Notes under the pieces: generated by a model | Seen by the model: the letters and a program-made list of their open reading frames with translations, nothing else | Database searches by the model: none | What the model was told of the DNA's origin: nothing | Assembly: GCA_965116875.1 (NCBI GenBank) | Contig: OZ220733.1 | Span: 352,001-416,000, forward strand | Direction: 5' to 3' | Length of the DNA stretch: 64,000 bases | Source: Candidatus Latescibacterota bacterium | Lineage (GTDB): Bacteria > Latescibacterota > UBA2968 > GCA-2709665 | Position numbers and translations under genes: made by a program | Shown: one piece after another, positions 37,335-46,754 of the stretch | Layout of the letters: every line of letters begins with the position of its first letter | How positions within the stretch are numbered: the stretch's first letter is position 1

Positions 37335-40300
37335 CTAGACGACGATTCTGACGCGATCGCCGACGGCCGTGGAATACACTTCGAATGACTCGCCGATAAC
37401 CTTCGAAAAATCAAACGTTTCCTTTACGACAAAGGTCGTCCGCCCTCGCATTTTGCGAATGGTGAACACGCCGTCCCCAATCCGGAGCCGGCACCCCGGA
37501 TACGCCCCTTCCTTCGGGTGATCGACGTCACTCCCGAACCTGGATCGCTTTCCCGATTTCACCACGCCCCTGCCCCTGACGAACCTGGGCATATCGGCAA
37601 GAAATACGCGGCTGCCGCCACCCTCGCGCCGGACTCGTTCAACCAGATATACGGTTTCCAGACCCGACGGATGCCGGACGTAGACCACCTTGCCGTCCAG
37701 GGATCCATCCTCCGGCAGCGCGACGTCCAGCACGAGTTCACTGCGTCCCGGTTCGCCCGAAATGTCTCCCGTCACGCCGGTGACCGTCCCTTCGTAGTCG
37801 CGAATCCGATGAACCGAAGCGTCGCCCACCCGGAACGACGCCCCGTCGATCACGTCGACCTCGACGTTTGCGGAGGACTCGCTCAACACGCCGGACCGAC
37901 CCTTCAGTTCGAGCCGCCGACCATCCGGCAGGGTCGCGGCCAATCCCGCTCCCGCGGAATCTATCGCAATGATTCGTACCCGGTCCCGTTCCCGCACCCG
38001 CAGCACCACGCCAGACCGGTCGCGTGCAACCAGCTCTGCATCCCGCACGAATCCTTCACCGGTATGCGCTTCGATGACCGACACGAACAGGCTGGATTCG
38101 CGCCTGCGACGCAAACAGACCGTACGGAGCCAGAAATCGTCGAGCTTGCCGTCATCCTCCTGCGTCCGGCGGATGGACGGCGCGTCGCTGACCAGCAATC
38201 GACCTGCCTGGACGCCGACGAACCTGACATCAACGAACGTACCCTCACCTTCAAACCGCACCTTGAAGTTTCCGGAAACGTCCGTCCCCCGCGTGCGATG
38301 AAAGTACCCATACAGCGCGCCGCGGGTCCCGTCTCCGCTCAATACCATCTCCCCTTCAGCCGGGCTCAGGTCGGGCGCCGCGGATATCACCTGATCGAAA
38401 TCGGCCGATCCGTGCAACAGATAGTCATGTACGTCTCCGCCCTTCACCTCGAACAGGTCCACCACGTATCCGCTCTCCGGCCCCGTTGGGATTAACATCA
38501 ACGTTCGGCGGTAGACTTCCGTATCCTCGAACGCGCCCGGGGCCTCCGCACAGACCATGCCCACGCTCGCGTCTGAAGCGGGACGGTAGCACAGCAGCCG
38601 CCCGCCGTCTCGTGTCTGCTCCTGCCCGTCGACGACCACGGTATTGTGGCTCCCCACCGTCGTTGCCCACTCCCGGTAACGGGTATGGGTATATCCAATG
38701 TCCGACAGCAATTCCTGACCGAACACGTCCATGCCCATCGCGAGCGTATCGTAATGGTGGTGCCCGCCCCACGGACCGTAACACATCGTCGCCCGAATGG
38801 CTTCTGAGGTCCTCCCGACTCCCAGGATGGCATCTCCCGCCCCGGGCAGCAGGTAGTTTGAAGGCACCAGCGCCAACAGGTCCTTCTCTGTAACACGCCT
38901 GTCGGCCTCCGATGTCCTTCGAAACAGCGCGTATTCAACGTCGGCCACAGCAATCCGGGAGGCGCCCCTGATTTCATCCGCCGCCTCCACGAATTTGCCC
39001 ATGGATGCAATCCGACTGGAAACGCGGGCGAAACCCGTACTGATTCCCCACGTATCGTTGGCCATGAACGTCCGCCCATCCGGCATGAACAAACCCAGCG
39101 GCGCCGTATAGACGCGCTCCAGAAACGGCATCTCTCCATAAACGTCGATTCCGCCGGGCCCACTGATCACATCAGGCACACGAAGGGTTCCGCTCGTAAT
39201 CATATTGAAGTAGTTGAGCGTATCCTCGTGCCAGTACCCGTCGTAATTGTAACAGTTATCGATCAACGTCCGATACAGCCCGTACCCTCTCGCCACGAAG
39301 TCCGGCTCGTCAACAACACGTCCCACGAGCGCGAGCCCGTTGATCCTCCCGCCGTCGTAATTCGTGGAACCGTGGGGGATTTCAAGCGTGTGGCGAATCG
39401 CCTCGTACAGCAGGTCCCGTTCGATTGCCGCACGTACATCCCGGCCCTCGGCCTCGGAGAGTTTCTCGATTGCGCCGCTGTTCGAAATCAGGTCGTAAAC
39501 CTGGGCAAGCCTGAACGCGTTGTATGCGTCCGAAAACGGGCTGGCGTGGAAATTCCCCATGCGAGCGGACACGAATGGGAAGGGTGGATCCTTGTAGAAA
39601 TGGTTCTCGTAAAAACCCTTTCGGTCGGCATGAAGATAGGACCGACCCAGGCCGTGAACGGGGTAGTCCTTGTAGACTTCGGAGAGCCGATCCAGAATCA
39701 CTGCGGCCTTTTCCGCGTACGCCGGCTCTCCCGTGAAGACGTAAGCCATCGCCAGCGGACCCGCCATTCGGACCACGTGATACTGCGTGTAATTCAGCAG
39801 CATGTTGTCGAAGAAATACCGCATCCCTTCGTCATCTTCCCAATACCGGTATCGGACCGTCCCGCCTGCCGGGCCAACGACTTCAATCTCCCCCACGGGC
39901 TTATGCTCCGGTCCCGGGAACGCATTCCCACAGATCTTGCACCTGACCTGGTCCGGATTGTCCGGCGACCACTCCCAGAAATGAATCCGCCAGCTTCGCT
40001 TTCGCCGGTCCACGGGACAGCGGGGCAGCGGAAAGTTAACCTGCTCGGAGATACCCACACGTATGGCGTCATCCGGCATCTCCAGAATTCCCCGGCGGGC
40101 TATCCAGCGCAAACGCGCGTCCCTGAACTGCTTCGCCCAGCTGTACGACTCCACTCGCCGCCGGGCGCGCTCGATCTGGTCCGACGTATAGAACAGCGGG
40201 TGCGCCACGCCTCTCGGAAACGGCCGTTCACCCTCCCAGTACCGTGTTTCCCTCGAACAGTCGATTCGTTCGATACCCATATCGCGTCTCCAAATAGATG

Positions 40301-40382
40301 AATCGCATCCCGCTGCAAGAACCATCGTGCCCAATCCGGCGCCTCGCAGAAACTCTCGTCTGGTGAGATCCAACCTGGACAT
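37335..40382 (-). CDS. Heparinase II/III-like protein, probable Tat lipoprotein
   Basis: TRREFL Tat motif and LAAGC lipobox; DGYWHE..NY, GHHHYDTL, SDIGY, SHNTVVVDG and YRRTL...YVVDLFEV.GG..HDY motifs. Confidence 0.8.
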   Translation of the reverse strand: MSRLDLTRREFLRGAGLGTMVLAAGCDSSIWRRDMGIERIDCSRETRYWEGERPFPRGVAHPLFYTSDQIERARRRVESYSWAKQFRDARLRWIARRGILEMPDDAIRVGISEQVNFPLPRCPVDRRKRSWRIHFWEWSPDNPDQVRCKICGNAFPGPEHKPVGEIEVVGPAGGTVRYRYWEDDEGMRYFFDNMLLNYTQYHVVRMAGPLAMAYVFTGEPAYAEKAAVILDRLSEVYKDYPVHGLGRSYLHADRKGFYENHFYKDPPFPFVSARMGNFHASPFSDAYNAFRLAQVYDLISNSGAIEKLSEAEGRDVRAAIERDLLYEAIRHTLEIPHGSTNYDGGRINGLALVGRVVDEPDFVARGYGLYRTLIDNCYNYDGYWHEDTLNYFNMITSGTLRVPDVISGPGGIDVYGEMPFLERVYTAPLGLFMPDGRTFMANDTWGISTGFARVSSRIASMGKFVEAADEIRGASRIAVADVEYALFRRTSEADRRVTEKDLLALVPSNYLLPGAGDAILGVGRTSEAIRATMCYGPWGGHHHYDTLAMGMDVFGQELLSDIGYTHTRYREWATTVGSHNTVVVDGQEQTRDGGRLLCYRPASDASVGMVCAEAPGAFEDTEVYRRTLMLIPTGPESGYVVDLFEVKGGDVHDYLLHGSADFDQVISAAPDLSPAEGEMVLSGDGTRGALYGYFHRTRGTDVSGNFKVRFEGEGTFVDVRFVGVQAGRLLVSDAPSIRRTQEDDGKLDDFWLRTVCLRRRRESSLFVSVIEAHTGEGFVRDAELVARDRSGVVLRVRERDRVRIIAIDSAGAGLAATLPDGRRLELKGRSGVLSESSANVEVDVIDGASFRVGDASVHRIRDYEGTVTGVTGDISGEPGRSELVLDVALPEDGSLDGKVVYVRHPSGLETVYLVERVRREGGGSRVFLADMPRFVRGRGVVKSGKRSRFGSDVDHPKEGAYPGCRLRIGDGVFTIRKMRGRTTFVVKETFDFSKVIGESFEVYSTAVGDRVRIVV

Positions 40383-40717
40383 AGCAGGTACTCCACGCAG
40401 CGGGCGGGAAGATTAAATCCCGCCCCAAGTCGCCAAACGCACACGTCCTCCCAACGACTTACGCCGACGATACACAGACCCGCGATCGGCCGCGGAAGGC
40501 GAAATATACGTCGCTCGCAAATTGAAGTCCAGAGACACCTCTGGCGCGATTCCGGGAATCCCGGACATTGAATCCGCACCGAACAAGAACTGATGTCGGA
40601 AGCCACACAGTGGAAACCGCACCCGCCTCAAGTCGATTTGCTGACGACGAATCGTCGCATTGTACTTTTCACGGGCACCACCCGATAGTTTACCTTTTTC
40701 CGCTACATTAACCCGGC

Positions 40718-40845
40718 ATCCTGAGCCGCTCCCTGAGCTTGCGGTCCCTGAGCCTGTCGAAGGGTCGAAGGGTCGGCGAAGGAAATAGGGTGCAGAAACG
40801 CGGGCGCTTCGACATTTCGACAAGCTCAATGCAGGCGTGCTCAGC
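40718..40845. repeat. Nested REP-like element (ccctgagcctgtcgaaggg family)
   Basis: Three cctgagc left halves followed by three (gt)cgaagg right halves, then inverted nested copies (cttcgac...ttcgacaagctca...gctcag). Confidence 0.75.
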
Positions 40846-40958
40846 GTCCCCTTCCGGGCAAGCACCTTTCCACCGTAGCTGGCGCAATAGATGTCAGCCA
40901 TTTATTGCTTCAAGCAACAACTGCGATTGAAAAAAACGAAAAAATCATCATCACCCGC

Positions 40959-41005
40959 TTGACAATTCCTAATTAATTCGTCATATTACTAATAGATTAG
41001 TAATA
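40959..41005 (+). promoter_or_regulatory. Sigma70 promoter with overlapping palindromic operator (probable BlaI site)
   Basis: TTGACA (40959-40964), 17 bp spacer, CATATT; perfect inverted repeat TATTACTAAT-AG-ATTAGTAATA at 40984-41005. Confidence 0.8.
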
Positions 41006-41094
41006 AACATCGTGCCGGTCGATAGCCGACTACGCAAATGAACCCATCGTCGCGCTTGTCGACCGGGAATCCGGCAAAGGCAAAGGAGACTCTT

Positions 41095-41493
41095 ATGGCC
41101 AAAAAACGCAGACTGGCCGAGGTCGAGTGGGAACTCATGGACAGTGTCTGGCAGCTCGAACGCCAGGTCACCGTTCGCGACGTTGTGAATCACCTCTACC
41201 CAAACGGTGAAAAGGCATATACGACCGTGCAGACGATCATGAACATTCTGGCGGAAAAAGGCGTGCTGGATCGGGAAAAGATCGGCCCGGTCAACGTGTA
41301 CACCCCTGCGGTGTCCCGGGAAGACGTTGCACGGTCTGAGACGCGAACCCTGGTTTCGCGGATGTTCGACGGCTCCTTTGGCGCGCTTGCGACATATCTC
41401 GTGGATTCGGGCGAGCTTTCGAAGAAGGAACTGGATGAATTGCGCGCATTGATCGAGGAACGGGAGAATGCGAAGGAAGGAGGCTCAACGTGA
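41095..41493 (+). CDS. BlaI/MecI/CopY family repressor
   Basis: EWELMDSVW, AYTTVQTIMNIL.EKG, FDGS and LSKKELDELR motifs; AAGGAG RBS. Confidence 0.93.
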   Translation: MAKKRRLAEVEWELMDSVWQLERQVTVRDVVNHLYPNGEKAYTTVQTIMNILAEKGVLDREKIGPVNVYTPAVSREDVARSETRTLVSRMFDGSFGALATYLVDSGELSKKELDELRALIEERENAKEGGST

Positions 41494-44039
41494 ACACATT
41501 AATCCATCTGGCCGAAACGTGGTGGCCCCTCTACGCGGTACACATGATCGAGATCTCGCTTTTCATTGCTCTGGTGTGGGCCGTGGACCGGTGGCTGACG
41601 CTGGAGACACGGTTTCGATACACGCTTTATCTGCTTGCGCTGGCGAAGGTGTTTGTTCCGCCGGTTTTTGCCATTCCGATACCCTTGTTTCTGGGTTCTC
41701 CACCGGGCGTCGCAGTGGAGGCGGCCGTTAATTCCGGAGTCGTATCCGATGCTGCCGCAGTCTCTCCCGGGCCAGCGACGCCCTTGCCGCTCGCGTTCTA
41801 TCTGTTCTGTGTCTGGATTCTCTCGGTGTCGGTCTGGACCGGGGTGGCGCTGTGGAAGAACGCGGCATTCCGTCGCACGCTGAAATTGGCGACCCCGATT
41901 GACCTGGCAGGCGAGGTTGCATCACTGGATGCGCCGCGCAACCTGGAGGTATATTCCAAATCAGCCCTGCCTTCTCCAATTCTGGTGGGCCTTCTGAAGC
42001 CGCGTTTGTTTCTGCCAACGAGGTGGTCTTCGTGGTCGTCCGAAGAGCTGCGAGGCGTCGTCAGGCACGAATTGTCGCATTTTGAACGACGCGACATCCA
42101 CGTGCTCATTCTGCAGGCCGTCGCAACGGCGCTTTTCTGCGCAAACCCGCTGATCTGGCTGTTGAACCGCCGGTTGATATACCTCCGGGAACTGCGCTGC
42201 GACGAAGCGGTTTTGCAAGAAACCAGGCTGACACCCGCCGAATACGGGCGCCTGTTGCTGGGATTGGTTGACAGCAGATCCGCGCCGCGCGCGCTGACCG
42301 TATTCTTCGCGGATCGGGGAGCGACGCTGAGGAAACGCCTCGAGCACGTCCTCAGCTTCAACGAAAGGCGCATCAAGCCGTCGAAGAGGCATCTGGCTGC
42401 GCTTGTTCTCGTCGGCCTGGCGATTGTGCCGCTCTCGATTCGAGAGGCATATACGCAGGATGACCGTGCCAGTGCGGCGTCGGATTCCTCCGGATCCGTT
42501 ACGGGCAATTCGGACACTGTTGCTGGTGGAGTCCCGATCGACGACGAGGCTGAATTCGAAACGAGGCCCATTACGGTTGGACAACAAAAGAGTTCGGTGG
42601 TTATCAGCGAAATACTGGCGCGATTTGCGAATTCAGGTATGGCGCCTGAAGCAAGTTTCGACGTCACTGTAACCTTGAAAGTACGGGCATACGAGGATGG
42701 CACGGTGTGTGAAATGAAGGTCTTGAATGCCGAAGGACCGGCAGGATTCAAGAACGCCGTAATCGACTCCGTATCGCGAGTGAGATTTGAGCCAGTGAAA
42801 CATGACAGCGAAAATGCGACGGTGTGGTTTACAAAAGAAATCTCATACTACAATTACCCTACGAAAAAGAAACTGCGGACGCCGAATTCTACGAAATTTC
42901 GTGATACCGGCTTGGCAGGCATTCTTGCATCCGACCAGACGGAATCGAAATCCAAACCAGTACGTATCGTTACCCCCGAATATCCCAGAGCGGCGCACAA
43001 GGAGAAGCTGGAAGGTCGTGCCGATACGAATGTCCTGGAATTCTGGTCTGTCGACGTACGACCGGTCATTACGAACTCCGTTCAACCCGTTTATCCAGAC
43101 ACAGCAAGGAAAGCTGGCTTGGCAGGCAACGTGTTCTTGAAGTTAAAGGTCAATGTGGATGGTTCGCCGAGTGACATACGTGTCACCAAAGGTCAACCGG
43201 TATTTGTGAAACCTGCCATCGATGCGATTTCACAGTTCAGGTTCAAACCTGCCGAGCTTGACGGCAAGCCTGTACCCGTCTGGATGACGCACCAGATCAG
43301 TTTTAGACTGCCTAAACAGAAAGCCGCCCCGCCCTCCGACAGTAGCGACGTCGGTGGTGAAGAGGTGTTCGAGTTTTGGGACGTCGACGTAAAACCTGTC
43401 CTCATCCGTTCCGTTGCGCCAGCTTATCCCGACCAAGCATTTAAGGAGGGCTTGTCGGGAAACGTGTTCTTGAAGTTCAAAGTCAACGTGTACGGCTCCG
43501 TGAGTAACGTACGTAACCTCAGAGGTCAAATGATATTTGTGAAGCCCGCGATCGATGCCATTTCACAATTCCGGTTCAAACCTGCGGAACGCGAAGGCAA
43601 ACCTGTCGCGGTGTGGATGACGCGGGCGATCAAGTTTGAATCCACCAGACCAGAAGGCGGACCGGACAACGACAATCTCGAAATCAGCGACAGTCAGGTC
43701 TTTGAGATCTCGGACGTACACGTACAGCCCGTTCTTCTGAACCTGAATGATGTTCGGCCGGATTACCCGGACAAAGCGGAAGAGACGGGCTTGACAGGCA
43801 GAGTGATTATGAAATTCAAGATCAACGTGGATGGCTCCGTGAGCGACGTACACGTACTGGAAGGCGATGAGATATTTCGCAAGCCCGCAATTGATGCAGT
43901 TACTAAATTGAGTTACAAACCGGCTGAACGTAACGACAAACCCGTACCCGTCTGGATGACACTGACTTTTGCGTTCGCGCTTCCTGAAGATCAGGAGGAC
44001 GCGGTTCCCGAAACCGTCGAGCCCGGGGTTGGGAATTAA
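41490..44039 (+). CDS. BlaR1/M56 metallopeptidase fused to multiple TonB C-terminal domains
   Basis: HELSH zinc motif, NPLIW and RELRCDE; three complete YP...G.V..KFK.NV.G.VS...FKPA...PV.VW units plus one truncated and one degenerate unit. Confidence 0.9.
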   Translation: MNTLIHLAETWWPLYAVHMIEISLFIALVWAVDRWLTLETRFRYTLYLLALAKVFVPPVFAIPIPLFLGSPPGVAVEAAVNSGVVSDAAAVSPGPATPLPLAFYLFCVWILSVSVWTGVALWKNAAFRRTLKLATPIDLAGEVASLDAPRNLEVYSKSALPSPILVGLLKPRLFLPTRWSSWSSEELRGVVRHELSHFERRDIHVLILQAVATALFCANPLIWLLNRRLIYLRELRCDEAVLQETRLTPAEYGRLLLGLVDSRSAPRALTVFFADRGATLRKRLEHVLSFNERRIKPSKRHLAALVLVGLAIVPLSIREAYTQDDRASAASDSSGSVTGNSDTVAGGVPIDDEAEFETRPITVGQQKSSVVISEILARFANSGMAPEASFDVTVTLKVRAYEDGTVCEMKVLNAEGPAGFKNAVIDSVSRVRFEPVKHDSENATVWFTKEISYYNYPTKKKLRTPNSTKFRDTGLAGILASDQTESKSKPVRIVTPEYPRAAHKEKLEGRADTNVLEFWSVDVRPVITNSVQPVYPDTARKAGLAGNVFLKLKVNVDGSPSDIRVTKGQPVFVKPAIDAISQFRFKPAELDGKPVPVWMTHQISFRLPKQKAAPPSDSSDVGGEEVFEFWDVDVKPVLIRSVAPAYPDQAFKEGLSGNVFLKFKVNVYGSVSNVRNLRGQMIFVKPAIDAISQFRFKPAEREGKPVAVWMTRAIKFESTRPEGGPDNDNLEISDSQVFEISDVHVQPVLLNLNDVRPDYPDKAEETGLTGRVIMKFKINVDGSVSDVHVLEGDEIFRKPAIDAVTKLSYKPAERNDKPVPVWMTLTFAFALPEDQEDAVPETVEPGVGN

Positions 44040-44455
44040 CGAGCTACGGCATGTCACGACTGTCCATAACGGCAACCGATCCGGGATTGGTGCGGTTGGC
44101 GTTCCCGGGAGCGAGGGCATCCTGCCCTCGGCGGCTGATTCGAGAGAATCTGGCGCCGCCATTTCTGCAACCACGTATTGATTCGGTTAGCGCGAGCCAG
44201 CGCAGGCAATCGCGAACGGTGCAGGCAAGTTGCGGGAATGAGCGAGGGATACCCGAAGCTCCGTACCGAAAAAAAAGCGCGTGAAGTTCGGCGTTTGACA
44301 AATCGTCGCGCAGGATGTCTTCTGCGAACCGGTATCGGGTTTATTGGACGCCTCAGGCTCCCGACGCGAATAGGGTGAGTGACGTGAAGTTCGAGGGCAG
44401 GATGCCCTCGCTCCGGATTCGGTTAGATCACGTCGTGACGGCGGTTAGATTGCCT

Positions 44456-45649
44456 TCAGTAGCAGGTCGGACACCCGCTCATCATCAGGTTATAGTAGAT
44501 CTCCACGCCCGCTCGCAGCTGATCCAGCTCGATCCACTCGTCTGCCGTGTGTCCCTGCGCAATGTCGCCCGGCCCGACGACCACCGCCGGGATCCCCGCA
44601 CGGCTGAAGCTGCTGGCGTCCGTACCGTAACCGACGCCGGCCAGATTGTCCGGCAACCCCATCGAGTTCAGAACACGAGCCACAAGAATGCCGAACGCTT
44701 CCCCTCCGGCCGGATCCAGCGGGCTGTCCACCATATCGGGCGCTTCCTGAACGACCTTCAGACTCGGATTTCTCGCACGAAGTTCCTCCAGCACACCTTC
44801 GACCGCAGGAATGACCGTGTCCGGGTCCTCACCCGGCACCACCCGCCGGTCCACGTGGACCTCGCAGTGTTCCGGTATCATGTTGATCTGTGTACCGCCA
44901 CGTATGAGATTGATGCTGCATTGCGCCCGGCCCGTCAACGGATGTTCTGACGTCAGCCGGGCAATATAACGCTTCTCCAGCGCGCCGATCACTTCCACCA
45001 TCATTCGTATCGCGGACCGACCGCGGGAGGGATCCGAAGAGTGTACCGCCACACCCTCCGTCCGAATCCGCCAGCGTACCACTCCGTTGTGCGCGACTAC
45101 GGCCTGAAGCCGTGTGGGCTCACCCACGATCACACCCGCCGGCCGCCAGTCCAGATCCGGCAACTGTGACGCCACGAACGTGCGTACACCCGTCTTCCCG
45201 ACCTCTTCGTCCAGGGTAAACAGGATCGCCACGTTGTTCGGACCGCTTCGCCGGCTGTATCGCAAAAGCGCCCAGAGCATCGCCGCGCCGGTCCCTTTCG
45301 TATCGCACGTCCCCCGCCCGTACATTCTTCCATCCGCAATCCGCCCCTCGAACGGGTCTACCGTCATCCCGTCCACGCTTACCGTATCGAGGTGGCTCTC
45401 AAACAACAGCCACGGCGCCTGGTCGTTCACCCGGTGAGAGACAAGTAGATTGAATCCCTCCCCCGTGACCGGCAGCCGGCGCGTATCCAGCCCCATCGCT
45501 TCAGCCTGTGCTTCGAGATAGACCGAAAGCGCAAACTCCGCGTCGGGTTTCCCCGAAATCGCGGAGTTCACAGTGTCGAATCCCACCATCGCCTGAAGAA
45601 GGGATTCGCAGGTATCATGGGTCCCCGGTGCCGTTGTCTCCCTGCTCAT
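44456..45649 (-). CDS. M20 family metallopeptidase (ArgE/DapE-like)
   Basis: SHLDTV, GRGTCDTKG, DEE, GEPT, YGTDA and GPGDIAQGH..DE motifs. Confidence 0.92.
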   Translation of the reverse strand: MSRETTAPGTHDTCESLLQAMVGFDTVNSAISGKPDAEFALSVYLEAQAEAMGLDTRRLPVTGEGFNLLVSHRVNDQAPWLLFESHLDTVSVDGMTVDPFEGRIADGRMYGRGTCDTKGTGAAMLWALLRYSRRSGPNNVAILFTLDEEVGKTGVRTFVASQLPDLDWRPAGVIVGEPTRLQAVVAHNGVVRWRIRTEGVAVHSSDPSRGRSAIRMMVEVIGALEKRYIARLTSEHPLTGRAQCSINLIRGGTQINMIPEHCEVHVDRRVVPGEDPDTVIPAVEGVLEELRARNPSLKVVQEAPDMVDSPLDPAGGEAFGILVARVLNSMGLPDNLAGVGYGTDASSFSRAGIPAVVVGPGDIAQGHTADEWIELDQLRAGVEIYYNLMMSGCPTCY

Positions 45650-46683
45650 CGCCAGCGTTCCTCGAATACCGAAATTGCGGTACGAGCCGCCAGCATGGAC
45701 GTCTCCACGCGTTCCCGGTAACCGCCCTTCATCGTCATCCCGGTCTCAATCGTGAACGAGGGACCGTATCTGTTCGCTCCGTAGTCCGCCAGATTCAACC
45801 CCTCGCCGCGTTCCGCTGCGATCAGCCAGAGTACGCCGCGCTCCGGCGTCTCGAAAAATGGACCCGGCGCGTACCCCTGAGGCGCAAGCTGCGCACCCGA
45901 ATGGGCAACGGCCCGAATCATCGAATCGGCCATTCGTTTTTCCCACGTCTCGTCGTCGTCATTTCGCTGGTGGCGCGCCGAGAACCAGAAACCGTTGCCG
46001 CCATACTCGTGCAGGTCCAGCGTAAGGCCCGGTTTGATCCGCGCCATCAGATTTCGCGCACACAGGGACTCGACCGGCGCCCACGGCGTATCGTGAAACC
46101 GGTTGATGTGCAAAACCTCTCCTTCCGGGCTGACGATCAGGGTATAGGCCCTCTGGCAGGGGGCCGTGCCTTCGATGCCGGCCTCGCTCGAAGGATAGAA
46201 GATCCTTCGTCCAAACAGGGGTTTCAGAAACTCCGCGCCCACCTCAAAACGCCCGAGAAGACCCGTGGTGGAATACCCGTACTCACCGATAATCGCGAGA
46301 ACCGTCTCGTCCTGTTCGTAGAGTACCTCGCCACGCGTCTTCAGAAATGTCCGAACGTCCTCGACAGCGTCCACCCGGGGTTCCTCGCCTACGCTCAGAC
46401 TCAACGCGTACCCGTACCCGTTCATCCCCATGGGATCGCGACAGGGAATCACGTAGACCTGATGTTCGGTGTCCAGCTCCTCCAGTAGCCCGAGTGCTGA
46501 TCCAACGCCTGCCTGTTCGGTGGAATGGCTGCCCGCGCTGATGAATATCGCCGGCAGTTTCTCTCCCCCGGTTCTCAGGCACACGACCGGCGCTTTGTCC
46601 GGCGCACATCCCAGTATTTCCGGGCGAAAGCCCTGTGTCTCGACGTAACTCAACAGATCCGAATATCGATCGAAAATCTGCAT
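45646..46683 (-). CDS. M14-like zinc carboxypeptidase/deacylase family protein
   Basis: GSHSTE (HxxE), INRF, LDLHE and FTIET motifs; stop overlaps the M20 start. Confidence 0.7.
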   Translation of the reverse strand: MQIFDRYSDLLSYVETQGFRPEILGCAPDKAPVVCLRTGGEKLPAIFISAGSHSTEQAGVGSALGLLEELDTEHQVYVIPCRDPMGMNGYGYALSLSVGEEPRVDAVEDVRTFLKTRGEVLYEQDETVLAIIGEYGYSTTGLLGRFEVGAEFLKPLFGRRIFYPSSEAGIEGTAPCQRAYTLIVSPEGEVLHINRFHDTPWAPVESLCARNLMARIKPGLTLDLHEYGGNGFWFSARHQRNDDDETWEKRMADSMIRAVAHSGAQLAPQGYAPGPFFETPERGVLWLIAAERGEGLNLADYGANRYGPSFTIETGMTMKGGYRERVETSMLAARTAISVFEERWR

Positions 46684-46754
46684 TCTATCCCTCCCATTTG
46701 CGTCCCTACCGGCAAGTCCGATTTCTCCAGTGAAACGGTCTGCGCCCCGTCGTC

